NCBI GenBank assembly: GCA_963777505.1
Contig: CAVZQN010000003.1
Span: 192,001 to 256,000 of the forward strand
Source of the DNA: an uncultured bacterium
GTDB taxonomy: Bacteria; Acidobacteriota; HRBIN11; JAKEFK01
Reading direction: 5' to 3'
DNA: 64,000 nt
Under the pieces are notes generated by a model that searched no databases, was not told the origin of the DNA, and saw nothing but the letters and a program-made list of their open reading frames with translations. This document shows, one piece after another, positions 59,366 through 64,000 of this stretch; the first letter of the stretch is position 1; each line of letters opens with the position of its first letter. The position numbers and the translations under genes are program-made.

Positions 59366-60262
59366 ATGGATCGAAGAAACTTCCTAAAAGCTATAACAAT
59401 TTCAGCTGGCTATCTGATTCCAAAATTCTCTGCAATCGCCAGTCCGGAACAGAACACGAAAGCTGTATTCACGCATGTTGTACCGGAGTGGCGCACAATT
59501 TCAAAAGGCCTGCATTTCGCAAGGGTAAAAGTGTTTCGAGAAAACAAGGAAGTGGATTCTGTAGGTGTTATTCGAATCCAGCCGAAGCACAATAAAATCC
59601 GCGTCTTTCATTCTTACGATGAAAAAAATACTATCGTTCGAACGTTAGATGAATGGCAGAAAGAAACCTCTGCTCTTGCCTTGATTAATGCCGCGCAATA
59701 CATGGCGGATCCATACTACAAGCCGTGTGCGCTTGTCATCTGCGATGGAAAACAGAAAGGACCATTGCGGAACAAAAGTGTACGTGGAATGTTCGTATCT
59801 GAACCGTTAAAAAAAGATTTGCCCCACGCAGATTTGCTCGACTTCGATTATGAACAGTTTGATTTAGCATCAAGTTCATATAGTCAAGGGATTCAACATT
59901 GGCCGATCCTGTTAGATCGTGAAGGTAGAATTAAGGTTCAGAAATCTGAGCTGCGAGCAAATCGAACAATCGTTGCAAAGAATTCAGACAATGAAATTCT
60001 TTTCTTTACTACAGAACTGCCTTCGTTTAGTCTTTATAATTTTGGACTCTTCTTAAAAGATAGCAACACGCGATCCGATGGTGGATTTAAAATCCACACT
60101 GCTATGAATATGGATGGCGGAAGAGAAGCAAATATGGTTTTACGTTCTGGTGGTTTTTCTTATTCCTCATGGGATTACAACCCAATGGCGAGCAGTGAAG
60201 GGAGTTCCATTTTGGATTTAAAAGCCAGGCTGCCCGGCGTTATTGGGGTTTTTCCACGATGA
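59366..60262 (+). CDS. phosphodiester glycosidase (NAGPA-like) family protein, Tat-exported
   Basis: MDRRNFLK Tat signal; INAAQY, ANRTIVA, AMNMDGG. Confidence 0.78.
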   Translation: MDRRNFLKAITISAGYLIPKFSAIASPEQNTKAVFTHVVPEWRTISKGLHFARVKVFRENKEVDSVGVIRIQPKHNKIRVFHSYDEKNTIVRTLDEWQKETSALALINAAQYMADPYYKPCALVICDGKQKGPLRNKSVRGMFVSEPLKKDLPHADLLDFDYEQFDLASSSYSQGIQHWPILLDREGRIKVQKSELRANRTIVAKNSDNEILFFTTELPSFSLYNFGLFLKDSNTRSDGGFKIHTAMNMDGGREANMVLRSGGFSYSSWDYNPMASSEGSSILDLKARLPGVIGVFPR

Positions 60263-60864
60263 AAGGAATTTTCTTCCTGTGCTTTTCATTCTTTCTATCG
60301 CTGAGTGCTGATGCAGTCGATTTAAGCCTTAGAAATCTTCAAGGAAAAAAAGAAAGTCTGGAAGATTATCGCGGCAAAATTGTCATATTAAATTTCTGGG
60401 CTACGTGGTGTGTTCCATGCCGTAAAGAGATGCCGTTGTTTGTCGAATTACAAAATGAATATGCCGCGCGCGGTGTGCAATGGATTGCTGTATCGACAGA
60501 TCCTGCTGAATCACGAAAAGAAGTGGACGCTTTTGTAAAGGAGTACAAATTAAATTTTCCGGTGTGGGTCGATGGCACATCCGATCATCAATCATCATTG
60601 AAGCTTGCCACCGGATTGCCGGCTACGTTAATTCTCGATGCCGAAGGCAATCCTCGTTTCCGGATTATTGGTGAATCGACTCGGGAAGCACTGACCGAAC
60701 GCCTTGATTATTTGCTTTTACAAAATAAAGGTCTCGCGCCCGCAGAAATAATCTTGCCGCCAGGTTTAACTCCTGAACACTTCCATGAACACGAAGCAGG
60801 TGAAGAGGAAGATCATGAACATGAGGAAGAAATAGCCGAAGCTGGCTCGGCTGTCCCTTCCTGA
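60259..60864 (+). CDS. TlpA-family thiol-disulfide oxidoreductase domain; likely the N-terminal part of a 386-aa selenoprotein (60259-61419)
   Basis: Signal peptide, LNFWATWCVPCRKEMP, GLPAT; His/Glu-rich tail; ends at an in-frame TGA followed by CCG CTT TGA and an open frame. Confidence 0.9.
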   Translation: MKGIFFLCFSFFLSLSADAVDLSLRNLQGKKESLEDYRGKIVILNFWATWCVPCRKEMPLFVELQNEYAARGVQWIAVSTDPAESRKEVDAFVKEYKLNFPVWVDGTSDHQSSLKLATGLPATLILDAEGNPRFRIIGESTREALTERLDYLLLQNKGLAPAEIILPPGLTPEHFHEHEAGEEEDHEHEEEIAEAGSAVPS

Positions 60865-60887
60865 CCGCTTTGACCAGGCGAAGGCAG

Positions 60888-60906
60888 GGTGATCCGTGGG
60901 ATCGCC
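60888..60906 (+). promoter_or_regulatory. candidate bacterial SECIS hairpin
   Basis: GGUGAUCC-GUG-GGAUCGCC stem-loop; the loop starts with G, 22 nt after TGA 60871-73 and 31 nt after TGA 60862-64. Confidence 0.6.
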
Positions 60907-61419
60907 GGGATCGATAAAAAGAGATGGATCGTTTCATTCCGTTATTTTCCTGAGCTACTTGATCGTGCGAAAGTACGAGCAACCTTGCAATATCGTTTAC
61001 ATTCCAGAATTCTCGTAGGGGTTGAATACAATCCACTCGTAGATGAAGTTGCACCGCTTGCCAACATAACTTTCGTTTCAGAGACTCAACATCTGCCCGC
61101 AATTATTTTGGCAACAAGCACAGATCGTATTGGTACGCCTGATGGTCAGTCAGTCACATTAACTGCCAGCAAAGATTTGGAATCGTGGCTTCATCTGCCA
61201 ATCGCTCCCTACGCAGGCATTACTTATGGCACGTATGAGGATCGATTCAGACCAGTTGGTGGATTGCTCCTGCGCTTTCATCCCAATTTCTATTCATTGA
61301 TTACATTTGATGGCGTTCATGTGCATCCGGTTGTGACCTACAACTATGGCATGCATGCATTTTCTTTTTTACTTTATAAAGGCAAAGAACCAGGCGTCAG
61401 TTACAGCATTCTGTTCTAG
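60889..61419 (+). CDS. beta-barrel-like hypothetical domain, in frame with the upstream TlpA ORF; likely the C-terminal part of the selenoprotein
   Basis: Amphipathic strands (LVGVEYNP, PYAGITY, VSYSILF), terminal Phe, no signal peptide of its own; same frame as 60259. Confidence 0.72.
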   Translation: MIRGIAGIDKKRWIVSFRYFPELLDRAKVRATLQYRLHSRILVGVEYNPLVDEVAPLANITFVSETQHLPAIILATSTDRIGTPDGQSVTLTASKDLESWLHLPIAPYAGITYGTYEDRFRPVGGLLLRFHPNFYSLITFDGVHVHPVVTYNYGMHAFSFLLYKGKEPGVSYSILF

Positions 61420-61436
61420 CTCGATGAACGAGAGTT

Positions 61437-63122
61437 CTACTTTTCACCTGCAGCAGTAAATACAGGTGCAATGTCTGTTGGAATATCTTTCAAGCCTTCA
61501 GTTACGCGATTGATCTCATCGTTCGTTACACCGTATTTTTCAACAAGCCTGGTTGCACGATCAAAATCACCGGTCGCTTCAATCATCAGCAGTTCATTGG
61601 AAAGGGATTCAACAGCCGTTCGCATTTTTGCTATATCGACCTTGTAATGCTTGTCTGAAGTTGGAACGATCGCACCTTTTTCCCGGAACCAGTTCCACTG
61701 AATTGCAGTTCCTCTGCCATGAGCTTCGTTAATGCCAAATCGCATACTTCGATAGAGCAGTCCTGCATTCGTAATGAAAAGAGTTTCAGCATCAAAAGTA
61801 GACAGGAGCTTTTTATCCATTGCATACAATAAATTCCAAACTCCAAGTACATCTGCTTTGGCTTCTTCGATCGTTGAGTATAAATTTTTCAGCAATAACC
61901 TTGCTTCAACACGTTTGCCATCAGCTCCTTTGATTAAGCCAGGTCCAAGGCCATGCGAAAGTTCATGAAACAAAACATGATTAAAATAAGCATCGAAAGA
62001 AATTCTTGATGCTTGTGAAGGATCAATCAGACGCTCTGCAATGGGCTTACCGGATTGTTTGAATTTTGCTTCCATGACATTTTTCAACAGCACATTCTTG
62101 AAGCCTTTCTTTTCACGGACCTGTTCGTCATTCGGTAAGTTAAATGCAGATGTCTGTACGCCGGCTCTCGCATCTCCAGCAGTGTAAATTTCCTGAACTA
62201 TTTTTAGCGCGGTTGATGAACCACGATTTGGATTTTTATGTTCGTCCGGAATCGGAAGATTCCGTTCCATATCGGATAAGTGTTTTAGATAAATTGCGAG
62301 GCTTTCACTTTCTTTTTGATCAACAACCGTAATGTAGGATGCGTAAGCCGCTTTGTAGTTGAATAGATTGTCTTCATAAACCTCGTAGGGCCCAATAACG
62401 ACTTCGATTGGTGAATCCAAATCAATCCATGCAAAATCACTTGCAGAATAATCGTCATTCAAAAATGCATCAGCCCGTTTTGTTAAATAATCTTTTAACG
62501 AAGCATTCGATGTAAGTTGTGCTGCCTGCCGTAATTTTTTTACAACAGTTTCAATATCTTTTGCGTAATATTGATGATACGGAATCGCGTTTAACTTAGA
62601 GTTCTCCCTGCGAATGACCGTAAAGAGACCATGAAAAGCGTCCTGATCTTCAGGATGCGCTTTCACCCATTTTTCAAACTCTTCTTTTGTCATATCTTCA
62701 GGATAAAATGCCGCTCCTGGCGGTTTTTCTCCTTTCTCTCCAAAAGGTGCAATAAATGGCTTGTCTTCTTCCAATCGATTCCATCTGCCTTTCATCAAGT
62801 CAAAAAGTTCCAAAGCCTGATTGTATTGATGAGATTTGCTCAGCGATTGAAGAGTTTGGCGAAGTTCGATGTTCTTTTCTGAAACCTGTTTGTAAAAGAG
62901 CAGGTCAATTGTTTTCGAAGCCTCAATCAAAATTGCGACGACTTTCTTCTCTTCTTCATTCAGAAGGCTGCGATCATAATCGATAACGGTTCTCGGAAAT
63001 TTTTTCAGTACTTCCGGTATTTCTTGAGATACCTCAAGGGATGGTGATTGTGCAATAGCGGCGGAATTAAATGCCAATAATAAAACAAGAAGTATTCTCA
63101 GAATTTGTTGCCTAAGTTTCAT
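61437..63122 (-). CDS. peptidase M49 / dipeptidyl-peptidase III-like zinc peptidase
   Basis: Signal peptide, FYP.DMTKEEF, IGPYEVYED, AFNLPND, HELSHGLGP, EEAKAD. Confidence 0.9.
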   Translation of the reverse strand: MKLRQQILRILLVLLLAFNSAAIAQSPSLEVSQEIPEVLKKFPRTVIDYDRSLLNEEEKKVVAILIEASKTIDLLFYKQVSEKNIELRQTLQSLSKSHQYNQALELFDLMKGRWNRLEEDKPFIAPFGEKGEKPPGAAFYPEDMTKEEFEKWVKAHPEDQDAFHGLFTVIRRENSKLNAIPYHQYYAKDIETVVKKLRQAAQLTSNASLKDYLTKRADAFLNDDYSASDFAWIDLDSPIEVVIGPYEVYEDNLFNYKAAYASYITVVDQKESESLAIYLKHLSDMERNLPIPDEHKNPNRGSSTALKIVQEIYTAGDARAGVQTSAFNLPNDEQVREKKGFKNVLLKNVMEAKFKQSGKPIAERLIDPSQASRISFDAYFNHVLFHELSHGLGPGLIKGADGKRVEARLLLKNLYSTIEEAKADVLGVWNLLYAMDKKLLSTFDAETLFITNAGLLYRSMRFGINEAHGRGTAIQWNWFREKGAIVPTSDKHYKVDIAKMRTAVESLSNELLMIEATGDFDRATRLVEKYGVTNDEINRVTEGLKDIPTDIAPVFTAAGEK

Positions 63123-63145
63123 ATAGCTCCTTATTAATTCTTACT

Positions 63146-63296
63146 AGCCACGGATGACACTGATTCAATTAACCACAGATTCACACGGATAAACACGGAT
63201 TTTCTTAAATAATAAGATCGTGTCTATCCGGGGTTAAACATTATAACTTGGCAATCGATTCAGACTTCACGATCAACTCTGCGTTCTCTGCGGTAA
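63146..63296. repeat. cluster of 9-nt-periodic repeats between divergent genes
   Basis: agccacggatgacactgat, aaccacagattcacacggataaacacggat ... atcgtgtctatccggggtt, ctctgcgttctctgcggtaa. Confidence 0.8.
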
Positions 63297-63333
63297 ATCC
63301 TGTATGCTTAAATAATAACGGAGGACGGAGATC

Positions 63334-63882
63334 ATGAAAACATCAAGTTGTGTAATTTTATTGCTTACGTTATGGCTTCCAGCGATTTCATTTGGGCAGG
63401 CACAAACGACTCCTGAAGCGGGGAGATTTAAGGTTGATCTTCTGAAACAAATTGAAGATGTAGAGAAGAAGCTTGTGAGCCTTGCAGAGGCGTTTCCGAC
63501 TGAGAAGTTTTCCTGGCGTCCGGGGGACGGTGTGCGTTCAGTGAGCGAAGTATTGATGCATATCGCTGGTGGAAATTATTTACTACCGAGTATGGCAGGG
63601 GTCACACCGCCGCCTGGGATTTCACGTGATATGGAAAAGACTGTAACCGAGAAACCAAAGGTAATAGAAACCCTTAAACAATCGTTCGTTCATTTACGCC
63701 AAGCGGTTGAGAAGACATCTGATTCCGATTTCGATCGAGGCATTAAATTTTTTGGCGATGATGCGACGGTGCGTTACGTTTATATGGTTGCGGCCGCACA
63801 CGGCAATGAACACCTTGGGCAATCAATTGCTTACGCGCGAATCAATGGAATCACGCCACCCTGGTCAGCTGCTGAAAACTAA
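63334..63882 (+). CDS. secreted DinB/YfiT-family protein
   Basis: Signal peptide, WRPG.GVRSVSEVLMHIA, H..EHLGQ.IAYAR.NGI.PPWS. Confidence 0.9.
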   Translation: MKTSSCVILLLTLWLPAISFGQAQTTPEAGRFKVDLLKQIEDVEKKLVSLAEAFPTEKFSWRPGDGVRSVSEVLMHIAGGNYLLPSMAGVTPPPGISRDMEKTVTEKPKVIETLKQSFVHLRQAVEKTSDSDFDRGIKFFGDDATVRYVYMVAAAHGNEHLGQSIAYARINGITPPWSAAEN

Positions 63883-63884
63883 AT

Positions 63885-63998
63885 TTAGCGAACTGATGTG
63901 AAGTAGCCACGCCAGCTCATACCAAATTTGCGGGCCATCGAACCTGTGTTTCCACGATAATTCACAAAGATTTGTTTGTTCTGGCGAACACCCGCTTC
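63885..63998 (-). CDS. 3' end of an unidentified gene, partial at window edge
   Basis: Open frame EAGVRQNKQIFVNYRGNTGSMARKFGMSWRGYFTSVR* converging on the DinB-family gene. Confidence 0.5.
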   Translation of the reverse strand, partial: EAGVRQNKQIFVNYRGNTGSMARKFGMSWRGYFTSVR

Positions 63999-64000
63999 AG

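Noticed and set aside
146-63901. Many short antisense or alternate-frame ORFs in the supplied track (e.g. 12872-13432, 16935-17486, 60665-61102)
   Set aside because: They lie within well-supported genes and show no recognisable motifs, so I treated them as shadow ORFs.
1-64000. rRNA, tRNA (including selC), transposase or prophage genes
   Set aside because: I found no such sequence by eye; the Sec machinery needed for the top finding would have to lie outside this window.

Overview
Chromosomal segment of a Gram-negative bacterium, probably Acidobacteriota-like (tandem ADOP duplicated permeases, Oar-type TonB receptor, many secreted hydrolases). It holds about 48 protein genes, mostly transport, two-component signalling, phosphate scavenging and peptidases. 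I see no rRNA, tRNA, CRISPR array, transposase or phage genes. Four genes carry single-base frameshifts that look like assembly indels. The strongest candidate novelty is at 60259-61419: a signal-peptide TlpA/thioredoxin (WCVPC) ORF and a downstream beta-barrel-like ORF lie in the same frame, separated only by TGA-CCG-CTT-TGA and followed by a SECIS-like hairpin. This predicts one 386-aa selenoprotein with a U-x-x-U motif. The second candidate is an operon of an Omp85 barrel, a secreted HipA/PI3K-like atypical kinase and a secreted metallophosphoesterase, near an NTT nucleotide transporter-HEAT/cNMP module, which may be an extracytoplasmic phosphorylation system. The intergenic DNA is filled with a dispersed family of 9-nt-periodic inverted repeats, some nested into large cruciform elements and some captured into gene 3' ends.
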